A DNA stretch of 63,737 nt, filler included, from a bacterium (GCA_041690355.1; 3 parts of 3 records of this genome joined end to end with filler, not necessarily neighbours in it), one strand, 5' to 3'; shown: positions 30,379-40,595, numbered from the whole stretch's first letter. Notes: generated from the letters alone by a model not told the origin. Numbers and translations are program-made.

Positions 30379-32649
30379 ATGCTCGATCTCACGAACTGCG
30401 ATCGCGAACCGGTACACATCCCGGGCTCCATTCAACCGTTCGGCGCCCTGCTTGTGCTCGACCGCGACGGCCACACCGTGCGCCGCTGCAGCGCCAACGT
30501 CACCGCCATGATGGACCTGCCGCAGCCGCCCGGCCGGCCCTTTCGCCTGGCCGCCCTGTTCGTGCCCGAGGCCCTCGCCGACATTCAGGACGCGATTGCC
30601 GCCCTGGGCGGTGAAGAAGGTATCGGCCCCACCCTGCGGGTGCGGGGCCACGCCGGCCGTTTCGAGGTTACCCCGTGCCGCAGCGGCCGCGATCTGATTC
30701 TCGAGGTCGAGCCCGAGCCGCGCCCCGGGCCCGACCCGCAGCCTGGCGACCGCTTTCAGACCGCCGCGATGGCCGCGCTCGAGGGGGCCGACAGCGTGGC
30801 CGATCTCTGGGCCGTGGCCGCCCGCGAACTGCGCCGGCTGAGCGGCTACGAGCGCGTTCTGGTCTACCGCTTTCACCCCGACGATCACGGCGAAGTTGTC
30901 GCCGAAGACTGCGACAGCGCCCTCGAACCGTATCTGGGCCTGCACTACCCGGCCTCCGATATTCCCGAGCCCGCGCGACGCGTGTTCCTCCTGAACCGGG
31001 TGCGGATGATTCCCGACGTCGCGTACGAGCCGGTCTCGATCATGCCGCTCGCCGGCGAGACGACGCCGGTGGATCTGACGCGGTCGATGCTGCGCAGCGT
31101 TTCGCCCATCCATCTGGAATACATGCACAACATGGGACAACGCGCTTCGCTCACCCTCTCGCTCGTCGTCGGCGGGCGCCTGTGGGGGCTCATCACCTGC
31201 GCACACCACTCGGGACCCCGCTTCGCCCCGCCCGCCCTGCGCGCCGCCTGTGAAGCGATCGCGCGCTTCGTGGCGACGCTGATACCCGTCAAGGAATACA
31301 TGGAAGACCTGCGCGAGCACAACCGGATCCGCACGACCTACGCGACGCTGCTGCGGCAGATGGAGAGCGAACGGGAATTTCTGCAGAGCCTCACCCGGTC
31401 GCCGGTGAACCTGCTGTCGCTGATTCCGGCCCATGGCGCGGCCACCTTCATCCGGGAGGAGAACCATTGGCGCACGTTCGGCGCCACGCCGCCCCCTGAC
31501 GTACTCGACACGCTCGCTGTCTGGCTCGCGCGCAAAGGAGACCAGACGATGCAGTCCGAGGACGCGCTCCCCCGGACGTTCGCGCCCGCCGAGGAGCACG
31601 GGGCGACGGCGGGGGGCATGCTCGCGATCGGGATCCCCGATCTGGCCGGAACGCTCGTGCTCTGGTTTCGCCCCGAGGTCGTGCGCACGGTCACCTGGGG
31701 CGGCGATCCGCGCAAGGCGGCCGAAGGCGAGGGGATGCGCCTCCATCCGCGCAAGTCGTTCGAGGCGTGGAAAGAGGATGTGCACGGCCGCGCCGAGCCG
31801 TGGCCCCGCTGGACGCTCGAAGCCGCGCGGGAGCTGCGCATCGGCCTGCTCACCGTCGACCTGCGCCGGCGCCTGCAGCGGGAGCGCAGCGCAAGAAGCG
31901 AGGCCGAGCAGGCGAACCGGATCAAGGAGGATCTGATGGCGTTCGTCTCTCACGACCTGAAGAATCCCATCGGCGCCATCCGGCTGAACGCCGAGATTCT
32001 GCGCCGCCTCGTCTCACCCGCCGACATCGCCGAAGCCGACCGCCTGCTCGAATCGATTGAACGCACGTCGGAGCGGATGCGCGAACTCATCGACGAGCTG
32101 CTCGACGTCGCGCGCATCGAGGCGGGCCGCATGGTGTTTCACTTCAGCAGCTGCCGGGCCGCCGACCTGGTCGCCGACACGTTCGAGGTCCTGCGCCCGC
32201 ACGCCGACGCCAAGGGTATCGTCCTGCGGTTCGAGCCGGCAGGCGAAGCGATCTGCGTGCACTGTGATCACGGGCGCATGCTGCAGGTGTTGGCGAACCT
32301 CGTCGGCAACGCCATCAAGTTCACCGGTTCGGGAGGCGAGGTCAGGGTTGCGGTGCGCGAAACCAGTGACGGCACCGAATGGGCCATTCAGGACACGGGA
32401 GCCGGGATACCGCCCGAGCACCTGCCGCACATCTTCGATCGCTACTGGCACACGAAGCAGGGGCGGGCAGGCGGCACCGGACTCGGCCTGGCCATCGCGA
32501 AGGGGATCGTCGAAGCCCACGGCGGCGCGATTCACGCCGAGAGCCGCCCGGTTGAAGGAACGACCTTCCGATTCACGCTGCCGCGGGACGAGGATGCACC
32601 CAGACCTTCGCGGGAAAACCATGCCGGGCATCACGCCCACAACGCATAG
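30379..32649 (+). CDS. bphP: Bacteriophytochrome histidine kinase (PAS-GAF-PHY-HisKA-HATPase)
   Basis: N-terminal biliverdin-binding Cys in LTNCDREPVHIPGSIQPFG; YPASDIP; SPIHLEY; tongue LHPRKSF; VSHDLKNP, NAIKF and GTGLGL. Confidence 0.95.
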   Translation: MLDLTNCDREPVHIPGSIQPFGALLVLDRDGHTVRRCSANVTAMMDLPQPPGRPFRLAALFVPEALADIQDAIAALGGEEGIGPTLRVRGHAGRFEVTPCRSGRDLILEVEPEPRPGPDPQPGDRFQTAAMAALEGADSVADLWAVAARELRRLSGYERVLVYRFHPDDHGEVVAEDCDSALEPYLGLHYPASDIPEPARRVFLLNRVRMIPDVAYEPVSIMPLAGETTPVDLTRSMLRSVSPIHLEYMHNMGQRASLTLSLVVGGRLWGLITCAHHSGPRFAPPALRAACEAIARFVATLIPVKEYMEDLREHNRIRTTYATLLRQMESEREFLQSLTRSPVNLLSLIPAHGAATFIREENHWRTFGATPPPDVLDTLAVWLARKGDQTMQSEDALPRTFAPAEEHGATAGGMLAIGIPDLAGTLVLWFRPEVVRTVTWGGDPRKAAEGEGMRLHPRKSFEAWKEDVHGRAEPWPRWTLEAARELRIGLLTVDLRRRLQRERSARSEAEQANRIKEDLMAFVSHDLKNPIGAIRLNAEILRRLVSPADIAEADRLLESIERTSERMRELIDELLDVARIEAGRMVFHFSSCRAADLVADTFEVLRPHADAKGIVLRFEPAGEAICVHCDHGRMLQVLANLVGNAIKFTGSGGEVRVAVRETSDGTEWAIQDTGAGIPPEHLPHIFDRYWHTKQGRAGGTGLGLAIAKGIVEAHGGAIHAESRPVEGTTFRFTLPRDEDAPRPSRENHAGHHAHNA

Positions 32650-33223
32650 CCTGCATCAGCGACTGCGCGCAGACACGGCCGAACTGCATCGGCTCTCCGA
32701 GCGCGCGGTCGCCGTCGACGCCGTAGAGACCGTCGACGCCTATATCCGGCTGCTCGAAGGCTACCACGGCCTCTATGCCCGCCTCGAGCCCGCCATCGCC
32801 GCACGCCTTCCCGAGATCGACGCAGACGCCGGGGGGCGCGCGCACCGCAAGCTCTCCTGGCTGCGGGCGGATCTTCGGCATTTCGGCCTGGCGGATGCGG
32901 ATCTGCAACGCCTGCCGCTTCTGCCCCACCCCGCCTGGCTGGGGGGAGGTGCCGAGGCCCTGGGCGCGGCCTACGTACTCGAAGGCGCGACCCTCGGCGG
33001 GAGCGTCGTCGCGCGCGTCTTCGGCGATCGGTTCGGGCTCGTGCCCCGAGCGGGCCTGCGCTTTTTTCACGGCTACGGCGCACAGACGCGAAGCCGGTGG
33101 AAGACGTTTCTCGCGTTCCTCGAGACGCGCGCCCGGGACGAGGACGTGCACGCGGCGGTGATCGGAGGCGCCGAGCGCACGTTTGAGGAATTCATCCGCT
33201 GGTTCGGCGTCCGGAAGCCATAG
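32621..33223 (+). CDS. bphO: Biliverdin-producing heme oxygenase
   Basis: LRADTAELH and GAAYVLEGATLGG motifs; overlaps the 3' end of bphP. Confidence 0.9.
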   Translation: MPGITPTTHSLHQRLRADTAELHRLSERAVAVDAVETVDAYIRLLEGYHGLYARLEPAIAARLPEIDADAGGRAHRKLSWLRADLRHFGLADADLQRLPLLPHPAWLGGGAEALGAAYVLEGATLGGSVVARVFGDRFGLVPRAGLRFFHGYGAQTRSRWKTFLAFLETRARDEDVHAAVIGGAERTFEEFIRWFGVRKP

Positions 33224-33365
33224 CCAGCCGCCGGTAAGCACGCCTCAACGCACGGTCCCCTCTCCCCCACTCTCCCCCGCGCCCCTGCTCCGCAGAAAAT
33301 CCCGCTTGCACCACCGGAAGCGCTCCGCTAAGATAGCGGTACACATATCGCTGCGAGGTGCGTCC

Positions 33366-34346
33366 ATGCGTTGGGGAATTCTGCTCCTGGGAATGATGCT
33401 GGTCCTGTCCGGAAACGCAGAGGCGCAGTCGGCGCCCGGAGCCGAGGCCGCCGAGCCGGGAGGCGCCGCGGATCAGGTCCTCGAAGAGGCCGCCGGAGAG
33501 GCCGATTCCGCCGATGCGGCTGACGCGTCGGAGGGGGACGCGCCGGTCGAAGAGCCGCAGCTCCCCTTCGAATACATTACCGGCCCCGCGACCGGAGCCA
33601 TCGGCGACCTTGCCGCGATTGCCGTTCCCGAAGAGTATCTGTTCGTCGACCGGGCCAACGTCGGCGCCTTTCTCGAAAGCAGCGGCAACATGGCCGACGG
33701 CGACGAACTCGGCATCCTGCTGAGCTCGAGCGAGTCCGGTGAATACTGGGCGCTCTTCGTCTTTGACGACATCGGCTACATTCAGGACGCCGATAAGGAA
33801 GAGTTGAACGCCGACGAGATGCTCGAGTCGATGCGCGAAGGCACGGCGGCCAGCAACGAGGCCCGCCGCGAGCGCGGCCTTGCCGAAATGGAGCTGCTCG
33901 GCTGGCACACGCCCCCCTTCTACAACCCCGAGACCCAGCGGCTCGAGTGGGGTCTGCGGTACCGGAGCGACAACGGCGAGACCGTGAACTACCACACGCG
34001 CATTCTGGGCCGCCACGGCGTCATGCGCGTCATCATCGTCGCATCGCCCGAAGACCTCCCGATGGCCCTCCCCGCCGTCCAGCGCGATCTCGCCGGCTTC
34101 ACCTTCAACGACGGCCAGCGCTATGCGCAGTGGACGCAGGGTGACAAGCTGGCCAGCGTAGGGCTCGCGGCGCTCGTGGCCGGCGGGGCCGGAGCGGCCG
34201 TTGCGAAAGCCGGCCTGCTCAAGAAACTGTGGAAGGTGATCGTCTTCGGCGTCATCGGCCTCTTTGCCGCCGTTCGCCGCTTCTTCCGCAAAGAGCACGT
34301 GCCGCAGAACACCCTGCCTCCGGATCAGCCCGACACGACCGTCTGA
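33366..34346 (+). CDS. DUF2167 family membrane-anchored protein
   Basis: Signal peptide; IGYIQD, N..R..RG...L.GW...P.Y, VNY.TRILGR.GV and G.RY....GDK.A..GL.ALVAGG..K.GL motifs. Confidence 0.8.
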   Translation: MRWGILLLGMMLVLSGNAEAQSAPGAEAAEPGGAADQVLEEAAGEADSADAADASEGDAPVEEPQLPFEYITGPATGAIGDLAAIAVPEEYLFVDRANVGAFLESSGNMADGDELGILLSSSESGEYWALFVFDDIGYIQDADKEELNADEMLESMREGTAASNEARRERGLAEMELLGWHTPPFYNPETQRLEWGLRYRSDNGETVNYHTRILGRHGVMRVIIVASPEDLPMALPAVQRDLAGFTFNDGQRYAQWTQGDKLASVGLAALVAGGAGAAVAKAGLLKKLWKVIVFGVIGLFAAVRRFFRKEHVPQNTLPPDQPDTTV

Positions 34347-34351
34347 TCGCG

Positions 34352-35236
34352 ATGGACGGAGCGTTGACCGCGGCGCTGCTGGCCGCCCTTTACCTGACGG
34401 AATGCCTGGCGCTTCTCCGCGACGGAGAGGCGGCGGTGCGCATTTCGTTCGGCCGTCGGGGCAGCCTGGTCACGGCGCCGCTCGTCCTCAAGCCCATCCT
34501 CCCGACCGGATTTTTCCTGCGCGCCCGCCGGTTCGGCCCCGGCGGGCCGGGCGGAATTCCGGCAATGGAGGCGCGCACGCAGGCGTGGAACGTCGCGGAT
34601 GCCCGGGCCGAGTGGGATCGCGTGCGCAGCGCCGTCGCCCCGCTGCGCGTCTGGACGACCCTCTACGCCATCGCCTTTCTGTGCGCGACGGGCCTGCTCG
34701 CCCTGTCGCCGGCGGCGCTGCTTGCCCTCGGAGCCGGGCGGGTGGGCGCGGTGCTGATCGGCTTGCACCTCGGCGCCATCCTGCTGACGCAGATCGCCAT
34801 GCGACGCCTGGGATCAGGCGGACGAGTACGGCAGGGGATTCTCACGGCGATCTCGCCGTTCCACGCCATGCGCAGCGTCGACGCGCTGACCGGCGAGGCC
34901 CTGATCCGCTATGAACTTCCGGTGATCGCGCACGTGGCGGGACGCCCCCGCGAGGTTCGCCGCCTCGCCCGGCGCCTCTGGGCCGCGCTCGAAGAGCAGC
35001 CGGCCGATGGGGAACTCCCGCCGGCCGGCGGAAGGGAGACCCGCGAGGCGCGGCGGGGGGCCCTGCTCGCCTTTCTGGCGCAGGTCGGCCTGTCGCCGGC
35101 GGAGCTTCTGCAAGCGCCCCCTCCCGAATCCGGCGCCGACCGTTTCTGTCCGGCCTGTCACGCGGCGTACACGAGCGAAGCCGGCGATCGCTGCAGCGAT
35201 TGCGGCGTACCCCTGCGTGCCTACGGGCTCTCGTAG
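34352..35236 (+). CDS. Membrane protein with C-terminal zinc ribbon
   Basis: TM segments; FCPACH...RCSDCGVPL. Confidence 0.65.
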   Translation: MDGALTAALLAALYLTECLALLRDGEAAVRISFGRRGSLVTAPLVLKPILPTGFFLRARRFGPGGPGGIPAMEARTQAWNVADARAEWDRVRSAVAPLRVWTTLYAIAFLCATGLLALSPAALLALGAGRVGAVLIGLHLGAILLTQIAMRRLGSGGRVRQGILTAISPFHAMRSVDALTGEALIRYELPVIAHVAGRPREVRRLARRLWAALEEQPADGELPPAGGRETREARRGALLAFLAQVGLSPAELLQAPPPESGADRFCPACHAAYTSEAGDRCSDCGVPLRAYGLS

Positions 35237-35444
35237 TCGCTGGGCGCTGGACGCTGGGCGGAAGAAAGACCGAGCCGTCCGGCTCGTGCTCAGCGCTCGG
35301 CGCTCGGCGCTCTTCACTCGGCAAATCGTCAATCGTAAATCGTAAATCGTCAATCGCTTGACCGGGCGGCAGGCTTAATTTGACCGATCGTCAGGTAAAT
35401 GATAAAGTGGTCTCTTCCCGAACCCCTCACGGGCAGGAGAGACC

Positions 35445-36761
35445 ATGGCCAACTTCGCACAGGAAATGATGCGCTCGGGACTCAAGGTCCTCGGCAAGTT
35501 CGCGCAATCGAAATTTACCGATGATCCCGCCCGCCGCAAGGCGAGCGAGAAGGTCATCTTCGAGGCCACGCGCGCCGGATTCAAGCTGGCCGCCGCCGCC
35601 AGCCGCACGTTCGCGCCGAAGTCCAAAGCCGACAAGGCCGAACGCCCCGCGGCGACCCGCCGCGCCGACCTCTTCGATCTGAAGCCGACCGAAGAACAGG
35701 CGATGATCCGCGAAGAGATGCGCAAGTTCGCCGCCGACCTGCTGCGCCCCGCCGCCCAGAAGGCCGACCACGAGTGCGCCACCCCCGCCGAGCTCTTCGC
35801 GCAGAGCGCCGGCCTCGGCACCGTGCTCATGAGCGTCCCCGAAGCCCTCGGCGGCGCGTCCTCTGAGCGTTCTCTCGTGACCCAGGCCCTCATCGCCGAA
35901 GCCCTCGGCCACGGCGACATGGGGCTCGGGGCCGCGTGCCTGGCCCCCGCCGGGGTCGCCGCCGCCCTGGCCGAGTGGGGTACGGCCGATCAGCAGAGCC
36001 GCTACCTGCCCGCCTTCGCCGGCGAGAACCCGCCCGCCGCGTCCATCGCCGTGACCGAACCGCGCGTGCTCTTCGACCCCTTCCTGCTCAAGACCACCGC
36101 GCGCCGCGAGGGAAACGAGTATGTGCTCGACGGCGCCAAGTCCATGGTTCCCCTCGCCGCGCAGGGCGAGCTCTTTCTCGTGGCCGCGCAGGATGACCGG
36201 GGCCCCGCCGTCTTCATCGTGGAGTCGAGCACGCCCGGCCTGACCCTCGAAGCCGAGCCCGGCATGGGCGTTCGCGCCGCCGGCATGGGGCGCCTGATTT
36301 TCAAGGGGCTGCGCGTCCCGGCCGCGAACCGGCTCGGCGGCGACGAAGGCTTTCCCTACGCCGACATGATTCACCGCAGCCGGCTGGCCTGGTGCGCGCT
36401 CGCCGTGGGCACCGGACAGGCCGTGCTCGATTACGTGATCCCCTATGTGAACGACCGCGAAGCCTTCGGCGAGCCCATCAGCCACCGCCAGGCCGTCGCC
36501 TTCGCGATCTCGAACATCGCCATCGAAGTCGAGGGGATGCGGCTGCTCACCTGGCGCGCGGCGACGCGGGCCGAACGCGGCGACAACTTCGCCCGCGAAG
36601 CGGCCCTCGCGCGCAAGGCCTGCGCCGAGCACGGCATGCGCATCGGCAGCGACGGCGTGCAGCTGCTCGGCGGCCACGGCTACACGAAGGAACATCCGGT
36701 CGAGCGCTGGTACCGCGACCTGCGCGCCGTCGGCATCCTCGAAGGGGGCCTGCTGCTCTGA
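35445..36761 (+). CDS. Acyl-CoA dehydrogenase (FadE24-like subunit)
   Basis: AGGAG SD; AVTEP, LDGAKS, REAFGEPISHRQAV and GVQLLGGHGYTKEHPVERWYRD motifs. Confidence 0.92.
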   Translation: MANFAQEMMRSGLKVLGKFAQSKFTDDPARRKASEKVIFEATRAGFKLAAAASRTFAPKSKADKAERPAATRRADLFDLKPTEEQAMIREEMRKFAADLLRPAAQKADHECATPAELFAQSAGLGTVLMSVPEALGGASSERSLVTQALIAEALGHGDMGLGAACLAPAGVAAALAEWGTADQQSRYLPAFAGENPPAASIAVTEPRVLFDPFLLKTTARREGNEYVLDGAKSMVPLAAQGELFLVAAQDDRGPAVFIVESSTPGLTLEAEPGMGVRAAGMGRLIFKGLRVPAANRLGGDEGFPYADMIHRSRLAWCALAVGTGQAVLDYVIPYVNDREAFGEPISHRQAVAFAISNIAIEVEGMRLLTWRAATRAERGDNFAREAALARKACAEHGMRIGSDGVQLLGGHGYTKEHPVERWYRDLRAVGILEGGLLL

Positions 36762-36823
36762 GCGGCGGCCGCTTCGGTTTTCCCCCTTTTCTCTGCTGAA
36801 CGAATTTTGAACGAGAGGCCCGC

Positions 36824-38035
36824 ATGTTGAACCTTGAAGTTCCCCGCAAGTTCGCGCCGTTCCTCGACCAGGCGCACCAGGTGGCCGAGCAGATCCTGCG
36901 CCCCATTTCGCGCAAGTACGACACCCTCGAGCACGAGTACCCCAAGGAGCTCGACGTCTTCGCCGCGCTCGCCGACGGCCTGAACGCCGGCAGCGAAACC
37001 GGGGCGGGGGCCGCGGGCGATCGCGGCCAGGGGGGCGAGAAGTCGGCCACCGGCAACCGCAACGGCGGCAACCTGTCGACGGCGCTGGCGATCATGGAAA
37101 CCTGCTGGGGCGACGTCGCCCTCGTGCTCAGCCTGCCCCGCCAGGGTCTTGGTAATTCCGCCATCGCGGCCGTCGCCAACGACGAGCAGCTCGAGCGCTA
37201 CAAGGGGGCCTGGGCCTCGATGGCCATCACGGAACCCGGCGCGGGCAGCGACTCGGCAGCCATCCGCACGACGGCCGTGAAGGACGGCGATGACTACATC
37301 CTGAACGGCGAGAAGATCTTCGTGACCTCAGGGGAACGATCGGATCACGTGGTCGTCTGGGCCTCGCTCGATCCGAGCCTGGGGCGCGCGGCCATCAAGT
37401 CCTTCGTCGTCAAGAAGGGTACGCCGGGCATGGAAGTCGTGCGCCTCGAGCACAAGCTCGGCATCCGCGCGTCCGATACGGCGACCATCCAGTTCACCGA
37501 CTGCCGCGTGCACAAGGACAACCTGATGGGGAGCCCCGAGATCGACACCGAGAAGGGGTTCGGCGGCGTCATGCAGACGTTCGACAACACGCGTCCCCTG
37601 GTCGCCTCCATGGCGATCGGCGTCGCGAAGGCGTCACTCGACGAGACGCGCCGCCTGCTGACCGAGGCGGGGGTCGAGATCGATTACGATCGGCCGGCGA
37701 ACAATCTGCACGCGGCGGCCTCGGCGTTCCTGCAGATGGAGTCGGACTGGGAAGCGGCGCGCCTGCTCACGCTGCAGGCGGCGTGGATGGCCGACAACAA
37801 GATCCCGAATTCCATGCAGGCCTCGATGGCCAAGGCCAAGGCGGGCCGCGCGTCCACCGAGATCACGCTGCGCTGTGTGGAACTGTGCGGCTCCGTTGGC
37901 TATACGGAACACGAGCTGCTCGAGAAGTGGTCGCGCGACGCCAAGATCCTCGACATCTTCGAGGGCACGCAGCAGATTCAGCTCCTCATCATCGCGCGGC
38001 GCCTCCTGGGCAAGAGCTCCAAAGAATTGAAGTGA
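36824..38035 (+). CDS. Acyl-CoA dehydrogenase (FadE23-like subunit)
   Basis: MAITEPGAGSD, LNGEKIFVT, KLGIRASDT and RDAKILDIFEGTQQIQ motifs. Confidence 0.93.
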   Translation: MLNLEVPRKFAPFLDQAHQVAEQILRPISRKYDTLEHEYPKELDVFAALADGLNAGSETGAGAAGDRGQGGEKSATGNRNGGNLSTALAIMETCWGDVALVLSLPRQGLGNSAIAAVANDEQLERYKGAWASMAITEPGAGSDSAAIRTTAVKDGDDYILNGEKIFVTSGERSDHVVVWASLDPSLGRAAIKSFVVKKGTPGMEVVRLEHKLGIRASDTATIQFTDCRVHKDNLMGSPEIDTEKGFGGVMQTFDNTRPLVASMAIGVAKASLDETRRLLTEAGVEIDYDRPANNLHAAASAFLQMESDWEAARLLTLQAAWMADNKIPNSMQASMAKAKAGRASTEITLRCVELCGSVGYTEHELLEKWSRDAKILDIFEGTQQIQLLIIARRLLGKSSKELK

Positions 38036-38158
38036 GCCGCGCGACACCGCGTGACCAGCCTGACCATGCCTGATTTGGACGAACCTTGAAAATACAGGGG
38101 CCCCGACCTCTCGGAGCCCCTGTCCCTTCTACTCTTCCCTTTGATATCAGATGCCGGC

Positions 38159-38764
38159 TCACGCAGCGCCGGACACCAGCGCTGCCGGCAACTCGCCGAC
38201 CCGCAGCGGCCGCAGCGCCGCTGCCCACCGGTGCAGCTCATCCAGCATGGCCAGGGCCGACTCGTTGAGCCCGTCGCTCTCCCGCAGGTTTCCGTCGTGG
38301 CCGAGCTTTTCGTGAACGAACGGGATGGCCACCGCTTCGGGGATGGGCATCATCTTCAACGCCGTGGCGATCTGCTTGGTCATCTGCACCGACCGCATTC
38401 CGCCCGAGAGTCCGCCGTAGCTCACAAAGCCCACCGGCTTGTAGTGCCACTCCCGGAAGAGATAGATGAGTGCGTTCGAGAGCGAAGGTGGAGTCGAGAA
38501 GTCGTACTCCGGCGTGACGAATACGAAGGCATCCGCCTGATCGACCGATGCGCTCCACCGCTGCGTATGCCCGTTCGCATAGTTGCCCTGCATCGGATGT
38601 CCGGCTTCGTCAAATACCGGCAGATCGAAAGAGGCCAGATCGACGAGCGCCACCTCGAACCGGCCGTGCGTGCGGGCAACTTCGGCCATCCATCGGGAGA
38701 CCCCCGGCCCCACCCGGCCGGGCCGGGTGCTTACGGCAATGACGTGCAATTTGAGCTTGTCCAT
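38159..38764 (-). CDS. NADPH-dependent FMN reductase
   Basis: STRPGRVG, FVFVTPEY and KPVGFVSYGG.SGG.R motifs. Confidence 0.9.
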   Translation of the reverse strand: MDKLKLHVIAVSTRPGRVGPGVSRWMAEVARTHGRFEVALVDLASFDLPVFDEAGHPMQGNYANGHTQRWSASVDQADAFVFVTPEYDFSTPPSLSNALIYLFREWHYKPVGFVSYGGLSGGMRSVQMTKQIATALKMMPIPEAVAIPFVHEKLGHDGNLRESDGLNESALAMLDELHRWAAALRPLRVGELPAALVSGAA

Positions 38765-38776
38765 GTGCTATTCCTC

Positions 38777-39130
38777 TCAAGTGTCCTGCCGGGACCGAAG
38801 CTTCGTGCCGAGAATGCGGCGGAGTTCCATCTCGAGCCCCCGGCGGGGAAGCGCGCCGCGTATGCGACCGGCTTCGACGCCGTTCTCAAACACGATGAGC
38901 GTCGGCAGCCCCTTGACGCCATAATGCGCTGACAGCGCGCCCTCCTCGTCGACGTTCACCGATACGATTTCAACCTGGTCGGCCCACTCGTGGGCAAGCG
39001 CCTCCAGGGTGGGTGCGATGGCCCGGCAGGGTGCGCACCAGGGTGCGCCGAAGTCTACGACCGTCGGGAGCGAAGACCTTTGAAGGCGATCCTCGAATCC
39101 CCGCGCGTCGATTTCCTCTACGGTTGGCAT
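38777..39130 (-). CDS. Thioredoxin
   Basis: VVDFGAPWCAPC active site and LPTL cis-Pro loop. Confidence 0.9.
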   Translation of the reverse strand: MPTVEEIDARGFEDRLQRSSLPTVVDFGAPWCAPCRAIAPTLEALAHEWADQVEIVSVNVDEEGALSAHYGVKGLPTLIVFENGVEAGRIRGALPRRGLEMELRRILGTKLRSRQDT

Positions 39131-39218
39131 ATTCCTGTTCCTTTCGGTTGCTTCCGCGACCTTGCCGCGCGAAGCAAAAGAGCCGGCCGTCGCGATGGAC
39201 GGCCGGCAACGCGTCACC

Positions 39219-39647
39219 TCAGTGATGATGCAGGTTGTGTTTACCGCCGGGAGCGGAAGGGAGTGCGAGCGGCAACGGATAGACCGCGCGCCCCTCCTTT
39301 TCGCCGCCCCGGGCGGCGTCGAGGATCAGCTCGCCCTTGTCGGGCACCGATCCGCGGGGTGTTTCGCAGAAAAAGTGGTCGCTGTGCGCTGCGCACTGAA
39401 GCGCGACCACGCTGTCTCCGTTCACGATGCGGCCCCGGACCGAACCCCCCGAGACGCTTGGTTTCCCGAGCGCGATATCGAGCAGCAGGACCTTGAATCC
39501 GCCGTCGAGCGCCAGGACCTCGGTGTGAAAGGCGCCCGGCATTCGGATCACGCCTCCGTGAGGCCCGGGCCGGTCTTCGCCGTGGGCCCAGACCTGCGAG
39601 ATCGGGCTCACGGCGAACATCAGAAGAATGAGCGCAATGGTTTTCAT
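39219..39647 (-). CDS. Secreted His-containing hypothetical protein (putative periplasmic metal binder)
   Basis: Signal peptide ending VWA|HGEDRPGPHGG, FHTE and C-terminal HNLHHH; AAGGAG SD. Confidence 0.65.
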   Translation of the reverse strand: MKTIALILLMFAVSPISQVWAHGEDRPGPHGGVIRMPGAFHTEVLALDGGFKVLLLDIALGKPSVSGGSVRGRIVNGDSVVALQCAAHSDHFFCETPRGSVPDKGELILDAARGGEKEGRAVYPLPLALPSAPGGKHNLHHH

Positions 39648-39659
39648 CGAGACACTCCT

Positions 39660-39869
39660 TCAGGCCAGCTTGCGCGAGCTCTTGACCGGGTAGCCGGCCT
39701 CTTCGATGAGGGCCTTGATGGACGCCTCGTCCCGGCCGCTCTTGACCCGGACGATCTGGCTCGGCACGTCGACCGAGACCTCGACCCCGGCATCGATCGA
39801 ACGCAGTGCATAGGCGATGCTGTTCGCGCAGCTCGCACAGTCCATCCCTTCGACTTTCATTTCATACAT
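39660..39869 (-). CDS. copZ: Copper chaperone (HMA domain)
   Basis: VEGMDCASC and IEEAGY motifs; 69 aa; GGAG SD. Confidence 0.88.
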   Translation of the reverse strand: MYEMKVEGMDCASCANSIAYALRSIDAGVEVSVDVPSQIVRVKSGRDEASIKALIEEAGYPVKSSRKLA

Positions 39870-39904
39870 GGTCTTTCTCCGTGGTTGATGTTGCGGACAA
39901 GTAC

Positions 39905-39935
39905 AGCCTGCTCCTTCCAACGATGGGAAGGTCAA
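39905..39935 (-). promoter_or_regulatory. CueR-type promoter for the copZ operon
   Basis: Minus strand TTGACC-19 bp (TTCCCATCGTTGGAAGGAG)-CAGGCT with a CCTTCC-N7-GGAAGG dyad. Confidence 0.8.
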
Positions 39936-39957
39936 GGCCGTTTGCAGAACAGTCGAT

Positions 39958-40461
39958 TCATGCGGCCACCGGGCTGCCGGCGATCCGCTGCCTTGCGTTG
40001 CGCCCGGCCCATCGGCGGGTCGCAATTCCATCGGCCGACCAGCGCCCGCCTCCGGAGACCAGAACGACAGCGGCAAGACCGATGGCAAGGATGTGGAACT
40101 CAAAACCTTCGCCGGCCTGGTTGCCGTACCAGTTCATGAAGAAGCCGTTTGCGAGATGGCTGGTGAGGGCTGCGACGGCCATGGTGATGCCGATGGCGGC
40201 GGCGGCCAGTCGTGACGCTCCGCCGGCGATGAGCAACATCGCGCCGAGAGACTCGGCGAGTACGGCGGCGAGCGCCAGCGGCGCGGGGATGCCCATGGTC
40301 TGGGTGAAGAAGCCCATCGTGGCGTCAAAGCCGTAGCCGCCGAACCAGCCGAAGACCTTCTGCAGCCCGTGCGGAAGGATGACGATGCCCAGCGCGAGCC
40401 GCGCCAGGAGGCCGACGAGCGAGGCGTCGGTGACGAGGGTACGAACGAGAGTGTTCTGCAT
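39958..40461 (-). CDS. DoxX family membrane protein
   Basis: [31 protein letters not shown]...GEGFEFH and GGGRWS.D motifs. Confidence 0.9.
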   Translation of the reverse strand: MQNTLVRTLVTDASLVGLLARLALGIVILPHGLQKVFGWFGGYGFDATMGFFTQTMGIPAPLALAAVLAESLGAMLLIAGGASRLAAAAIGITMAVAALTSHLANGFFMNWYGNQAGEGFEFHILAIGLAAVVLVSGGGRWSADGIATRRWAGRNARQRIAGSPVAA

Positions 40462-40518
40462 GGCGTTTTCCTTTCGGTTCTTTCGTGGATCCCGGCTCCA
40501 TGCCGGCAACCGATTACA

Positions 40519-40549
40519 AGGCTATTCGTTCCAATGATGGGAAGGTCAA
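40519..40549 (-). promoter_or_regulatory. CueR-type promoter for doxX
   Basis: Minus strand TTGACC-19 bp (TTCCCATCATTGGAACGAA)-TAGCCT. Confidence 0.8.
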
Positions 40550-40564
40550 GAAGAATTTTTCCCC

Positions 40565-40595
40565 TTGACCTTCCAACGGTTGGAAGCCGTACGCT
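40565..40595 (+). promoter_or_regulatory. CueR-type promoter for copA
   Basis: TTGACC-19 bp-TACGCT with a perfect dyad CTTCCAAC-G-GTTGGAAG. Confidence 0.88.
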
